Assembly: GCF_003790525.1 (NCBI RefSeq)
Contig: NZ_CP033633.1
From: Escherichia coli
Lineage (GTDB): Bacteria; Pseudomonadota; Gammaproteobacteria; Enterobacterales; Enterobacteriaceae
Direction: 5' to 3' (one strand)
DNA: 64,000 nucleotides
Shown: in pieces, positions 31,442-41,036 of the stretch
Numbering within the stretch: position 1 is the stretch's first letter
Layout: each line of letters starts with the position of its first letter
The notes under the pieces: model-generated
Database searches by the model: none
What the model was told of the DNA's origin: nothing
Seen by the model: only the letters and a program-made list of their open reading frames with translations
Program-made: the position numbers and the translations under genes

Positions 31442-33001
31442 ATGTCAGTTACAGAGTCTAAGACAAAAACGGAGCGTAAATCCAGCCGTAAACCTGCAAA
31501 AACGCAGGAAACTGCACTGTCTGCCCTGCTGGCGCAGACGGAGGAAGTGAGCGTGCCGCTGGATTCACTGATTAAATCACCGCTGAATGTGCGCACGGTG
31601 CCGTATTCTGCGGAGTCCGTCAGTGAACTGGCTGATTCCATTAAGGGAGTCGGCCTGCTGCAGAATCTGGTTGTTCATGCCCTGCCAGGTGACCGTTACG
31701 GTGTCGCCGCAGGTGGTCGCCGACTGGCAGCACTCAACATGCTGGCAGAGCGTGACATCATTCAGGCTGACTGGCCTGTCCGCGTGAAAATTATTCCGCA
31801 GGAGCTGGCGACGGCTGCATCGATGACCGAGAACGGTCATCGTCGGGATATGCACCCTGCCGAACAGATTGCCGGATTCCGCGCAATGGCGCAGGAAGGC
31901 AAAACACCTGCGCAAATCGGTGATTTGCTGGGCTATTCACCCCGCCATGTCCAGCGAATGCTGAAACTGGCTGACCTTGCGCCTGTCATCCTCGATGCGC
32001 TGGCAGAAGACCGCATCACCACCGAACACTGTCAGGCGCTGGCGCTGGAGAACGACACCGCGCGTCAGGTGCAGGTGTTTGAAGCCGCCTGCCAGTCAGG
32101 ATGGGGTGGAAAACCGGATGTGCGGGTTATCCGCAACCTGATTACGGAAAGTGAAGTGGCGGTGAAGGACAACACTAAATTTCGCTTTGTGGGGGCTGAT
32201 GCTTTCTCGCCTGACGAACTGCGCACCGATTTGTTCAGCGATGACGGGGACGGTTATGTCGACCGCGTGGCGCTCGATGCCGCCCTGCTGGAAAAACTCC
32301 AGGTTGTTGCAGAGTCCCTTCGGGAAGCAGAAGGCTGGGAATGGTGCGCCGGGCGCATGGAGCCAGTCGGTGAGTGCCGTGAGGATGCCGGAACATACCG
32401 CTGTCTGCCGGAGCCGGAAGCGGTGCTGACGGAGGCGGAAGAAGAACGCCTGAACGAACTGATGACGCGTTACGACGCGCTGGAAAACCAGTGTGAGGAA
32501 TCCGACCTGCTGGAAGCAGAAATGAAGCTGATGCGCTGCATGGCGAAGGTCAGAGCGTGGACGCCGGAGATACGTGCCGGAAGCGGTGTGGTGGTGTCCT
32601 GGCGTTATGGCAACGTATGTGTCCAGCGTGGTGTGCAGTTGCGCAGTGAAGATGACGCGACTGACGACGCTGACCGCACGGAACAGGTGCAGGAGAAAGC
32701 GTCAGTGGAGGAAATCAGTCTGCCACTGCTGACGAAAATGTCTTCCGAACGCACGCTGGCAGTCCAGGCGGCACTGATGCAGCAACCGGACAAATCCCTG
32801 ACACTGCTGGCATGGACGCTCTGCCTGAATGTGTTTGGCAGCGGAGCGTACAGTAAACCAGCACAAATCAGCCTGGAATGTAAACATTATTCGCTGACCA
32901 GCGATGCGCCGTCAGGGAAGGAAGGTGCCGCATTCATGGCGCTGATGGCAGAAAAAGCCCGTCTTGCGGCCCTGTACCGGAGGGATGGTCACGGGACATG
33001 A
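31442..33001 (+). CDS. ParB-like nuclease-domain protein of the leading region
   Basis: 519 aa; N-terminal ParB/Srx-like region (GLLQNLVV...GGRRLAAL). Confidence 0.65.
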   Translation: MSVTESKTKTERKSSRKPAKTQETALSALLAQTEEVSVPLDSLIKSPLNVRTVPYSAESVSELADSIKGVGLLQNLVVHALPGDRYGVAAGGRRLAALNMLAERDIIQADWPVRVKIIPQELATAASMTENGHRRDMHPAEQIAGFRAMAQEGKTPAQIGDLLGYSPRHVQRMLKLADLAPVILDALAEDRITTEHCQALALENDTARQVQVFEAACQSGWGGKPDVRVIRNLITESEVAVKDNTKFRFVGADAFSPDELRTDLFSDDGDGYVDRVALDAALLEKLQVVAESLREAEGWEWCAGRMEPVGECREDAGTYRCLPEPEAVLTEAEEERLNELMTRYDALENQCEESDLLEAEMKLMRCMAKVRAWTPEIRAGSGVVVSWRYGNVCVQRGVQLRSEDDATDDADRTEQVQEKASVEEISLPLLTKMSSERTLAVQAALMQQPDKSLTLLAWTLCLNVFGSGAYSKPAQISLECKHYSLTSDAPSGKEGAAFMALMAEKARLAALYRRDGHGT

Positions 33002-33399
33002 CGACATTCCTTTCACTCAGTCAGGAGGTGCTGTTATCCCTGCTCAGTTTCTGCACCGCGTGCAGCATCCACGGCGTTCAGACCCGCGAGTGTGGTCACA
33101 CGTCACGCAGCCCGCTGGACACGCTGGAGAGCGCCATCGGTTTTCACATGCGCGACTGGTGGCAGCCGACAAAAGCAAACTTCTTCGGACACCTGAAAAA
33201 GCCGCAGATTATCGCAGCCCTGAATGAGGCAGGACTGTCCGGTGCCGCACGGGACGCGGAGAAGATGAAGAAAGGCGATGCGGCTGAACATGCAGAGTTC
33301 CATATGAAAGACAACCGCTGGGTGCCTGGCTGGATGTGTGCACCACGTCCACAGACGGATACCACTGAACGCACTGATAACCTGGCTGATGCCGCCTGA
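32998..33399 (+). CDS. Hypothetical protein, ATGA-coupled to the ParB-like gene (possibly its detached C-terminal part)
   Basis: 133-aa ORF starting at the ATGA overlap with the preceding stop. Confidence 0.35.
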   Translation: MTTFLSLSQEVLLSLLSFCTACSIHGVQTRECGHTSRSPLDTLESAIGFHMRDWWQPTKANFFGHLKKPQIIAALNEAGLSGAARDAEKMKKGDAAEHAEFHMKDNRWVPGWMCAPRPQTDTTERTDNLADAA

Positions 33400-33453
33400 T
33401 GAACAACCACACCGCCCCGCCGGAGACGGGGCGGCAGCAAGGGAGATACCGTG

Positions 33454-33888
33454 ATGAAAACTGAACTGACCCTGAATGTCCTGCAGACCATGAACGCACA
33501 GGAATATGAAGATATCCGTGCTGCGGGAAGCGATATGCGCCGTAATCTCACTCACGAGGTGATGCGTAAAGTGGACGCACCGGCTAACTGGATGATGAAT
33601 GGCGAGTATGGCAGTGAGTTCGGGGGCTTTTTCCCCGTCCAGGTTCGTTTCACGCCAGCCCACGAACGTTTCCACCTGGCATTATGTTCGCCGGGAGACG
33701 TCTCTCAACTCTGGATGCTGGTTCTGGTGAATGGTGGTGGACAGCCTTTCGCCGTCGTTCAGGTGCAACATATCTTCACGCCTGTCGCGATCAGTCACAC
33801 GCTGGCGCTCGCCGCGACACTTGATGCGCAGGGATACAGTGTTAACGACATCATTCATATTTTGATGGCAGAAGGAGGTCAGGCATGA
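33454..33888 (+). CDS. psiB: PsiB, plasmid SOS-inhibition protein
   Basis: [27 protein letters not shown]... near-identical to F PsiB. Confidence 0.9.
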   Translation: MKTELTLNVLQTMNAQEYEDIRAAGSDMRRNLTHEVMRKVDAPANWMMNGEYGSEFGGFFPVQVRFTPAHERFHLALCSPGDVSQLWMLVLVNGGGQPFAVVQVQHIFTPVAISHTLALAATLDAQGYSVNDIIHILMAEGGQA

Positions 33889-34604
33889 GCGCACGTTCAC
33901 GGGCACTGATCCCCCTCAGCGCAGAACAACAGGCCGCCATGCAGGCTGTGGCTGTCACCGAACAACGTCGTCGTCAGGGACGCACACTTTCAGCATGGCC
34001 TTATGCCAGCGCTTTCTTTCGCTGCCTGAATGGCAGTCGCCGGATTTCGCTGACCGATCTCCGCTTTTTTGCCCCTGCGCTGACGAAGGAGGAATTTCAT
34101 GGCAACCGTCTCCTGTGGCTGGCTGCCGTGGATAAACTGATTGAAAGTTTTGGTGAAGTCTGTGTTCTTCCCCTGCCATCCGATGCGGGGCATCGTCTGT
34201 TCCCGTCTGTTCCTTTTCGTGAAGGTGAGCGTCGTCGTCAGAAAACCACGCTGACAGAGCAGAAATACAGCCGCCAGCGGGAACGTGAGGCAGAACGACG
34301 GGAACTGGAATACCAGACATGTTTTGCTCAGGCGCAGATTGACCTTGCGTTTCATACTCCCGCCACGGTCGGAAGCTGGTTGTCCCGCTGGTCTGGTGCT
34401 GTTGAGGAGCATGATCTGGAAACGATTTTCTGGGGGTGGTGCGGGCGTTTTCCGTCACTGTCATCATTTGACCGGTTTTTCTGGCAGGAGGGACCACTCT
34501 GGCGGCTGATTTTTGAAGCCGGTGAGGCCGGTCGTGGTGCACCGGTACAGGTACGTGCACTTGAGCAGTGGATGATCCCGAACAAGCTGGAGAACGTAAT
34601 ATGA
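33885..34604 (+). CDS. psiA: PsiA
   Basis: 239 aa directly after psiB with overlapping stop/start, as in F and ColIb-P9 leading regions. Confidence 0.8.
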   Translation: MSARSRALIPLSAEQQAAMQAVAVTEQRRRQGRTLSAWPYASAFFRCLNGSRRISLTDLRFFAPALTKEEFHGNRLLWLAAVDKLIESFGEVCVLPLPSDAGHRLFPSVPFREGERRRQKTTLTEQKYSRQREREAERRELEYQTCFAQAQIDLAFHTPATVGSWLSRWSGAVEEHDLETIFWGWCGRFPSLSSFDRFFWQEGPLWRLIFEAGEAGRGAPVQVRALEQWMIPNKLENVI

Positions 34605-35197
34605 TGAAATCAGACGAAAAATATCAGGTTCCCGTGTGGATGCGACCTCTGTTGCCGTTGCTCTGCAACACCGGGGGGAACGATCCGGAAGAACTGCTGA
34701 ATGATACAGCAACCACTGTCAGTGCGAATGTTGTCCGTTATGTACTGATAGTTGCTGTGCGGTCGCAGGTTGATCTGCTGCAGATTCTGTACAGGAAAGG
34801 GCTGTTGCGCACAGAGATACCAGGTGGCTTTTCACCGGAAGAAGCGCAGGCACTCCTGGATAATCTGGTGCGCAGCCATATCAGCAGGGCGCTGTCGGGT
34901 GAGCGAATGGCAGCCCGTGACAGAAATGCCGATCTGGCCTGGATTCGACAGCAACTGGTCGATGCCGCCTGGTTTGTCCGTGCCACACTGGAGGCGCATG
35001 GGATGGGCGTCGGAAATGAGAGTCCCCCTGCTCAGCCGGAGACAATGCCGGACATACAGACACGGGAACTGGTGATGTTGATCAAGCGACTGGCATCATC
35101 GCTGAAAGCGGTGAAACCGGACAGTTGTGTGGTGCGTGAAGCGCAGGACTGGCTGCGCGACAGAAAACTTGTGAGCATCACGGATGTTCTTCGGTGA
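34601..35197 (+). CDS. Leading-region hypothetical protein
   Basis: About 198 aa from the internal Met; no family recognised. Confidence 0.4.
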   Translation: MMKSDEKYQVPVWMRPLLPLLCNTGGNDPEELLNDTATTVSANVVRYVLIVAVRSQVDLLQILYRKGLLRTEIPGGFSPEEAQALLDNLVRSHISRALSGERMAARDRNADLAWIRQQLVDAAWFVRATLEAHGMGVGNESPPAQPETMPDIQTRELVMLIKRLASSLKAVKPDSCVVREAQDWLRDRKLVSITDVLR

Positions 35198-35302
35198 ACC
35201 AGTGGAGGTATGCTTGAGGGGCAGGGACATGCCGGTCATGATCGTTTCGTTCCAGGGGTGGTCTGGAGATCATGCGGTGTGCTCCCTGCTCTCGCCGGAA
35301 TA

Positions 35303-35647
35303 AGGACGTCGCCGGCGGCTCCGCTTTTACCCGGCCATGCGGGGCATGGCCTTGTGGGTTTTCAGGTATGAAGCCATCGTGTCGTGTGCGGGCTGTGCCG
35401 TGCCTCCATCGTAGCCGGGCTTCTGCGGGCGGGATGCAAAGGTACGCTTCGCCGCTGCGGTCACCCGGTCCCTCCTTCCCGTCTGCCGTGATTTTCCGGT
35501 CGTTCACCCGCTCAGATTTCGCGGTCTCACCCTCCAACTCCCGTCAGCCGTGCGCGTCGGGCTGCGGCTTTCCTTGCGCCCTTGCATCCCTGCAGGCCCG
35601 GCAAGGATGGAGGCACGGCACCGCCCGGTGCCGCAGAACATGTGACT
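35303..35647. promoter_or_regulatory. Structured GC-rich repeat, family B copy 2
   Basis: Near-identical to 28350-28690; immediately upstream of ardA. Confidence 0.5.
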
Positions 35648-35662
35648 ATGGAGGATTCGGGA

Positions 35663-36163
35663 ATGTCTGTTGTTGCACCTGCTGTATACGTTGGAACCTG
35701 GCACAAATACAACTGCGGAAGCATCGCCGGACGCTGGTTTGACCTGACCACGTTTGATGATGAACGCGATTTTTTCGCCGCCTGCCGTGCCCTTCACCAG
35801 GATGAAACCGATCCGGAACTGATGTTTCAGGATTATGAGGGATTCCCGGGGAATATGGCCTCTGAATGTCATATCAACTGGGCCTGGGTTGAAGGCTTCC
35901 GCCGGGCGCGGGATGAAGGCTGCGAAGAGGCTTATCGTCTCTGGGTGGATGATACCGGTGAGACGGATTTTGACACCTTCCGCGATGCCTGGTGGGGCGA
36001 GGCTGACAGTGAGGAGGCTTTTGCGGTTGAGTTCGCCAGTGATACCGGCCTGCTGGCTGGCGTGCCGGAGACGGTGGCGCTCTATTTTGACTATGAGGCG
36101 TATGCGCGGGATTTATTCCTGGACTCCTTCACCTTTATTGACGGTCATGTGTTCCGTCGGTGA
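35663..36163 (+). CDS. ardA: ArdA antirestriction protein (type I restriction inhibitor)
   Basis: MSVVAPAVYVGTWHKYNCGSIAGRWFDL... near-identical to ColIb-P9 ArdA; 166 aa from ATG 35663. Confidence 0.9.
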   Translation: MSVVAPAVYVGTWHKYNCGSIAGRWFDLTTFDDERDFFAACRALHQDETDPELMFQDYEGFPGNMASECHINWAWVEGFRRARDEGCEEAYRLWVDDTGETDFDTFRDAWWGEADSEEAFAVEFASDTGLLAGVPETVALYFDYEAYARDLFLDSFTFIDGHVFRR

Positions 36164-36342
36164 TTTACTCCCCCGCTCCGGCGGGGGTATGGCCTGCCGG
36201 GCCGCCGGAAAACCCTGGCAGGCTTACGCCTGCCTGAAATGCAGGAGGGCCGCGCCTGCGGCGCTGCCCTTCCTGCCCGTCATGGTGTGAGGCATTTTTC
36301 TGTTATGTCGTTTCTGTTGTTCTGATTTCCGGAGGCGGGGAC

Positions 36343-36848
36343 ACCCTTCGGCTCCCGGCTGCCTGGCGGCATCCGGTCGTCAGGCCCGACTCCGACAGGC
36401 AGCTGCTGGCGCACCCGCCAGTCTCCGCCGAACCCGCTGGCGCGGTTTCGGGCTGCCGCTACGGTCCGATGTCTGAAAAACCAGGCCTGCAGCGACCGTT
36501 CCGGTCGCGCCGCCCCTGTCGCGCCGGAAACGGCGCTCCCTGCACACCTGACGGTGTGTAAGGCCACTGCGCCTGATGGCGCAGTTGTCTGCCCTTCCGC
36601 CGCCACCCCTGCGGCCTGTTTCCCGCTGTGGACTTTCCGGGGGCTGAAGCGGCCACAACACGTTTCAGCCGTCCAGGGGAGAGATGTACCAGCCACAAAA
36701 CTTTTTGCCGCAGGCGTCAAAAACTTTTGCGTCTGCCCCCGGACAACTGCCCCGTGCCGTGGCAGTCGCTGCCCCATCGGAAAGGTCCACTGCGGGGAGA
36801 AACCCCGAAGAAGTGGACGGCAGAAGGGGCTTTCGCCCCTCCGGGGAA
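36343..36848. promoter_or_regulatory. Structured GC-rich repeat, family A copy 2
   Basis: Near-identical to 29990-30500; upstream of ORF 36895. Confidence 0.5.
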
Positions 36849-36894
36849 TAACCGGTCGGCCCGGCGACCTGATTCAGCAGAAGGAGACGTTTTC

Positions 36895-37329
36895 ATGACA
36901 GTCAGCAGCACGATTTCCGTTTTTTGCCGAGACGGGGTGTTCCGTACCGTTTACTGCCACCTGCACGGTGAGCCGACCTGGAACGGTCGCATCCTGCATA
37001 CCCACTATGCCACCGGTCAGCTGGCCGAAGCCCTGGTTGAACACGGAGATATCCGTTGCCTCGGTCCCCGTTGCGACAAACCCGCCGGGCATACGCTTCA
37101 GAACCCGGTGGACGGTGTGACGGCTTATTACGGACGTGACAGTGGTTTCCGGATGGACAGTGAAGCGCGTGAGTACCGCTCTTTCAGGGAGGCTATTGCC
37201 ACTGAAAGCACAGAAGAGGTGCGCTTCCATTATGTGTTCATCGACGGCTACTGGAAGGTGATGTACCGCACGCCGGAAGGCTGGAAGATGAAAGCGCTCG
37301 CGCTGGCACTGCGTCGCTGTCCGGAATGA
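36895..37329 (+). CDS. Leading-region hypothetical protein
   Basis: 144 aa, Cys/His-rich N-terminus; no family recognised. Confidence 0.4.
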   Translation: MTVSSTISVFCRDGVFRTVYCHLHGEPTWNGRILHTHYATGQLAEALVEHGDIRCLGPRCDKPAGHTLQNPVDGVTAYYGRDSGFRMDSEAREYRSFREAIATESTEEVRFHYVFIDGYWKVMYRTPEGWKMKALALALRRCPE

Positions 37330-37421
37330 AAAAAAGCAGGGCGATAAACCCTGCCTTTCTCCGCCGGCGCTTCCCCGTACGGAAGTCCGGCATCTCATTC
37401 ACTAACTATGGAGATTATGCT

Positions 37422-37688
37422 ATGAGGCCATCAATTATCTTCGCAACCGCCGAGTATGTAAAGCGTCTGCGTGAAGAGTGCCGGCGGGAGAACAAACCCC
37501 TGCACCGCCATACCCGCTTCAGACGCCAGGAACTGGCACCGGATGAGATTAACCCGGACGTCCTGGCGATGGGCGGTCATATCGCCAGACGCTGCAGTGA
37601 GCGGAAGCGGGTGCGTATCCCCGCCATGAAAGTCAGCGAATGGGGCCACCTGCTCCGCGCGCTTGAAATTGAGCGGGTCTGCCACTGA
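37422..37688 (+). CDS. Small basic hypothetical protein
   Basis: 88 aa from ATG 37422. Confidence 0.35.
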   Translation: MRPSIIFATAEYVKRLREECRRENKPLHRHTRFRRQELAPDEINPDVLAMGGHIARRCSERKRVRIPAMKVSEWGHLLRALEIERVCH

Positions 37689-37752
37689 TTAACCCTTGCC
37701 GTCTGCCTGTGCAGGCGGCAGGATACGTTCAGACATCTCACCAGGAGGAACC

Positions 37753-38715
37753 GTGAGTAAGAAGAAAACCACCACGACGCCCACGCCGCATGATGCCGCG
37801 TTCCGGTCGTTCCTGGCGAACCCCGACGTCGCCAGAGATTTTCTGGAACTGCATCTTCCGGCGGAGTACCGGCAGTTGTGCGACCTGTCCACGCTGAAGC
37901 TGGAACCCGCCACCTTTGTTGAGCCGGACCTGCATCAGTACGCCAGCGATATCCTCTGGAGTGTGAAAACCACCGGGGGTGAAGACGGCTATATTTATAC
38001 GCTCATCGAGCACCAGAGCACCGAAAATCTGTACATGCCTTTCCGCATGTTACGTTACAGTGTGGCGGCGATGCAGAGACATCTGGAGCAGCACAAAACA
38101 TTGCCACTGGTGATTCCGGTGCTGTTCTATCATGGTGAGCGCAGCCCGTACCCGTACAGCATGAACTGGCTGGACTGTTTTGAGGATCCGGCGCTTGCGG
38201 CTAAAATATACACAAAGCCGTTTCCGCTGGTTGATATCACTGTCGTTGATGACAATGAAATCATGAACCATCGCCGGATGGCCGCACTGACGCTGCTGAT
38301 GAAGCATATCCGCCATCGTGACATGATGGAGCTGCTGGACAAACTCCCGCAGGTCATGGTGGAAATTTCAGACGAGCAGGTGCGTGTTCTGATTCATTAC
38401 ATCGTTAACGCAGGGGACTCTGTATCACCGGAATTTATGCGGGCGCTGGCTGAGCGTCTGCCGCAGCATGAGGATAAACTGATGACTATTGCCGAACGTC
38501 TTGAGCAGCAAGGAATACAGAAAGGAATACAGCAGGGAATACAGCAGGGAATACAGCAGGGAATACAGCAGGGAATACAGCAGGGAATACAGAAAGGCCG
38601 CATGGAGGAGAAGCAGGATATTGCGCGTCAGCTTCAGAAAACGGGAATGCCATCTGCACAAATCTGTCAGATCACCGGACTTTCCGAAGCTGAACTGAAG
38701 AACATCACTCACTGA
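37753..38715 (+). CDS. Rpn (YhgA-like) recombination-promoting nuclease, full length
   Basis: GTG start after RBS; N-terminal domain DAAFRSFL...DILWSV...YTLIEHQST; C-terminal MTIAERLEQ...TGLSEAELKNI module containing seven in-frame 12-bp repeats. Confidence 0.75.
   Translation: MSKKKTTTTPTPHDAAFRSFLANPDVARDFLELHLPAEYRQLCDLSTLKLEPATFVEPDLHQYASDILWSVKTTGGEDGYIYTLIEHQSTENLYMPFRMLRYSVAAMQRHLEQHKTLPLVIPVLFYHGERSPYPYSMNWLDCFEDPALAAKIYTKPFPLVDITVVDDNEIMNHRRMAALTLLMKHIRHRDMMELLDKLPQVMVEISDEQVRVLIHYIVNAGDSVSPEFMRALAERLPQHEDKLMTIAERLEQQGIQKGIQQGIQQGIQQGIQQGIQQGIQKGRMEEKQDIARQLQKTGMPSAQICQITGLSEAELKNITH
38512..38595 (+). repeat. In-frame 12-bp tandem repeat (7 units, GIQQ/GIQK) inside the Rpn gene
   Basis: GGAATACAGCAG repeated seven times with two A-for-C variants. 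Confidence 0.9.
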
Positions 38716-38728
38716 TGAGAACCACAAA

Positions 38729-38753
38729 GCCCGGCAAAATGCCGGGTTTTTTT
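38729..38753. terminator. Rho-independent terminator after the Rpn gene
   Basis: CCCGGCAAAATGCCGGG followed by TTTTTTT. Confidence 0.6.
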
Positions 38754-38777
38754 GTCAGCAGGAGCAGAGCAAACAGT

Positions 38778-38951
38778 ATGACGATTGCAGAACGTCTTGA
38801 GCAAAAAGGTCGCCAGGAGGGCAGGATGGAAGGTGCGCTTGAAAAAGCCCTGGCTATTGCGTGCCAGCTTCAGAAAATGGGGATGACGCCGGAGCAGATT
38901 AAGCAGGCTACCGGACTGTCCGAAGCTGAACTGAAAAAAATCATTCACTGA
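38778..38951 (+). CDS. Stand-alone Rpn C-terminal-domain small protein (RpnS-like), copy 1
   Basis: 57 aa MTIAERLEQKGRQEGRMEG...TGLSEAELKKIIH; paralogous to the C-terminus of the Rpn gene. Confidence 0.5.
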   Translation: MTIAERLEQKGRQEGRMEGALEKALAIACQLQKMGMTPEQIKQATGLSEAELKKIIH

Positions 38952-38965
38952 TGAGAGCATCACAG

Positions 38966-38990
38966 CCCGGAAGAATGCCGGGCTTTTTTG
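38966..38990. terminator. Rho-independent terminator after RpnS-like copy 1
   Basis: AGCCCGGAAGAATGCCGGGCT followed by TTTTTT. Confidence 0.6.
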
Positions 38991-39009
38991 CCAGCAGGGG
39001 CAGAGCAGT

Positions 39010-39240
39010 ATGACTATTGCAGAACGTCTTATACAGAAAGGTTTCGACGAAGGTTTTAAAGAAAGTTTTAAAGAAAGTTTTAAAGAAGGCTTTAAAGAAG
39101 GCTTTAAAGAAGGGGCGCTTGAAGTGGCGCGGGAAATAGCCTGCCGGCTGCGGGATATAGGCTGGCCGCCGGAACGGATTCAGGAGGTCACGGGACTTTC
39201 CGGTGAAGAACTGAAAAAGCTGTTTCCTGATGAGCAGTAG
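39010..39240 (+). CDS. Stand-alone Rpn C-terminal-domain small protein (RpnS-like), copy 2
   Basis: 76 aa MTIAERLIQKG...(FKES/FKEG x5)...TGLSGEELKKLF; contains its own 12-bp tandem array at about 39050-39112. Confidence 0.5.
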   Translation: MTIAERLIQKGFDEGFKESFKESFKEGFKEGFKEGALEVAREIACRLRDIGWPPERIQEVTGLSGEELKKLFPDEQ

Positions 39241-39270
39241 CCTGGCATTCAGCCAGGCTGTGAATCATGC

Positions 39271-39522
39271 TCACACATCCTCTGCCGTTTCCCCCAGTTC
39301 ATTTTCCAGACGCCTGATGATATCTGCCTTACGCATCCCCTGCATGTGAGGCAGCAGGTCACGGACTGAAAGAGCCTGGGTGGTCCTCCAGACGGTGACG
39401 TCCACCTGTTCCGCATTTTCCCAGGCGTGCCATGTTCTCTGCGTCACGCCAAATTCTCTGGCCGCTTTTTCGCGTGACCAGAGCATGCTTTTTCGCCAGA
39501 TTCGCAGTTCCCAGCCGGTCAT
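39271..39522 (-). CDS. Small helix-turn-helix regulator (hypothetical)
   Basis: 83 aa; HTH-like segment AAREFGVTQRTWHAWEN. Confidence 0.45.
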   Translation of the reverse strand: MTGWELRIWRKSMLWSREKAAREFGVTQRTWHAWENAEQVDVTVWRTTQALSVRDLLPHMQGMRKADIIRRLENELGETAEDV

Positions 39523-39536
39523 AAAACACCTTTGAA

Positions 39537-39625
39537 AAAGTGAAAAAACTTCACTTTATTTTATCACCATAATTGCCAAATCAGCGCGATAAATAAGTGT
39601 GAAAAAAGTGAAGAAATTTCACTTT
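39537..39625. promoter_or_regulatory. Two 21-bp palindromic operator-like sites flanking a promoter
   Basis: AAAGTGAA-N5-TTCACTTT at 39537-39557 and 39605-39625, about 68 bp apart, upstream of the HTH gene. Confidence 0.45.
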
Positions 39626-39724
39626 TTTTGGTTGCAGATGTCGTGCGGTTTTCTCTGTTTTCACCTGTGCGGGAGTGGTGCGCCAGTGACCACAGCATGC
39701 CGTTGTTGTGCCGTCGGTTTTCTC

Positions 39725-40055
39725 CGGTCGCGCCGGATGCGGCGCTCCCTGCACACCTGACGGTGTGTAAGGCCACTGCGCCTGATGGCGCAGCTGTCTC
39801 TGCCTGTCTGCCGCCGCACTGCGGCCCGTTCTCCGCAGACGAACTTTCCGGGGGTACATACACGACCACATCCCGTTTCAGTCGTCCAGGGGAGAGATGT
39901 ACCAGCCACAAAACTTTTTGCCGCAGGCGTCAAAAACTTTTGCGTCTGCCCCCGGACAACTGCCCCGTGACGTGGTGAGCGTCCCCCGTCGGAAAGGTCC
40001 ACTGCGGGGAAATCCCCGAAGACCCGGACGGCAGAAGGAGCTTCGCTCCTCCGGG
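39725..40055. promoter_or_regulatory. Structured GC-rich repeat, family A copy 3 (shorter)
   Basis: Shares the 3' roughly 330 bp of family A; upstream of ORF 40100. Confidence 0.5.
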
Positions 40056-40099
40056 AAATGACCTGGCTGACCCGGCAGTCGTGACGATGAGGAGACAAT

Positions 40100-40951
40100 G
40101 TGATGAATCAGACTTTACCCACTGCTGACCTGAATACTGCCGGCACGACAGATGTTATTCCGTCTGTGGCTATCGACCGCATCATCGCGCAGCGTAACGA
40201 AGGTATTGCACTGTTCATGCAGGCGATGGAATGCCTGGCGACAGCGCGCAGGATTCTGCTCGATGCGTCAGGTGATATTTTTCTTTACGGGTTTGAAGAC
40301 TGCGTGACTGATTCCGTTCGTCGCATGGATAAACCGGAAGAAGCGAAAAGGAATATCACCCGTCTTGCCGACCGGAAAATCTGGGACCGCCTGATGACAG
40401 ATACGGGCATGTACACCTTCATGAGTTCATGCCAGCGTGATGAGTGGAACAGCCAGCTGATGAGCGACACCTGTCCTGAAATCATCCTGGACAATGTACT
40501 GGCAACATTCCGCCATCTGAATGCCAGCAAAATGCAGACATTTGAACAGGGACTGATTGATGTCTACCGGAAATTGTCATGGGATTACAGAACCAATAAT
40601 CCCTGCCGTCTGGGCAAGAGAATCATTATTGAAAACCTGCTGTACCGCTGGAGTAACGGGCGTGTGACGCTGGACTGCAGCGGGCGGGAGGCACTGGATG
40701 ACCTGGTACGTCCGTTTTATCTGCTGGATGGGCGCAACATTCCTGACTTCCGGAGCAGCATCGGGGCGCAGTATGGTGAATTTCTCGGGAACGGCGACAA
40801 TGTCGGTAAGCTGTTAGAAGGGGAATATTTTACGGTGCGTGGCTACCAGAAAGGGACCGTACACATTGTCTTTAAGCGTTCTGACCTTGTTGAAAAACTG
40901 AATGATATTATTGCACGGCATTATCCTGGTGCATTGCCGCCACGAGTCTGA
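40100..40951 (+). CDS. Leading-region hypothetical protein, the plus-strand gene nearest oriT
   Basis: 283 aa; no family recognised. Confidence 0.45.
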   Translation: MMNQTLPTADLNTAGTTDVIPSVAIDRIIAQRNEGIALFMQAMECLATARRILLDASGDIFLYGFEDCVTDSVRRMDKPEEAKRNITRLADRKIWDRLMTDTGMYTFMSSCQRDEWNSQLMSDTCPEIILDNVLATFRHLNASKMQTFEQGLIDVYRKLSWDYRTNNPCRLGKRIIIENLLYRWSNGRVTLDCSGREALDDLVRPFYLLDGRNIPDFRSSIGAQYGEFLGNGDNVGKLLEGEYFTVRGYQKGTVHIVFKRSDLVEKLNDIIARHYPGALPPRV

Positions 40952-40961
40952 TTAAACAGAA

Positions 40962-40996
40962 AAGCCCTGGTATTTATGCCGGGGCTTTTTTTTCTG
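40962..40996. terminator. Rho-independent terminator after ORF 40100
   Basis: AGCCCTGG...CCGGGGCT followed by TTTTTTTT. Confidence 0.5.
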
Positions 40997-41036
40997 TAAT
41001 CATCATAATCTCAGAACATGATGTGACATTGTCACA

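Noticed and set aside
38512-39112. Tandem 12-bp repeat arrays as a possible CRISPR or VNTR locus
   Set aside because: Units are contiguous with no spacers, in frame, and encode peptide repeats inside Rpn-type genes; no cas genes are present.
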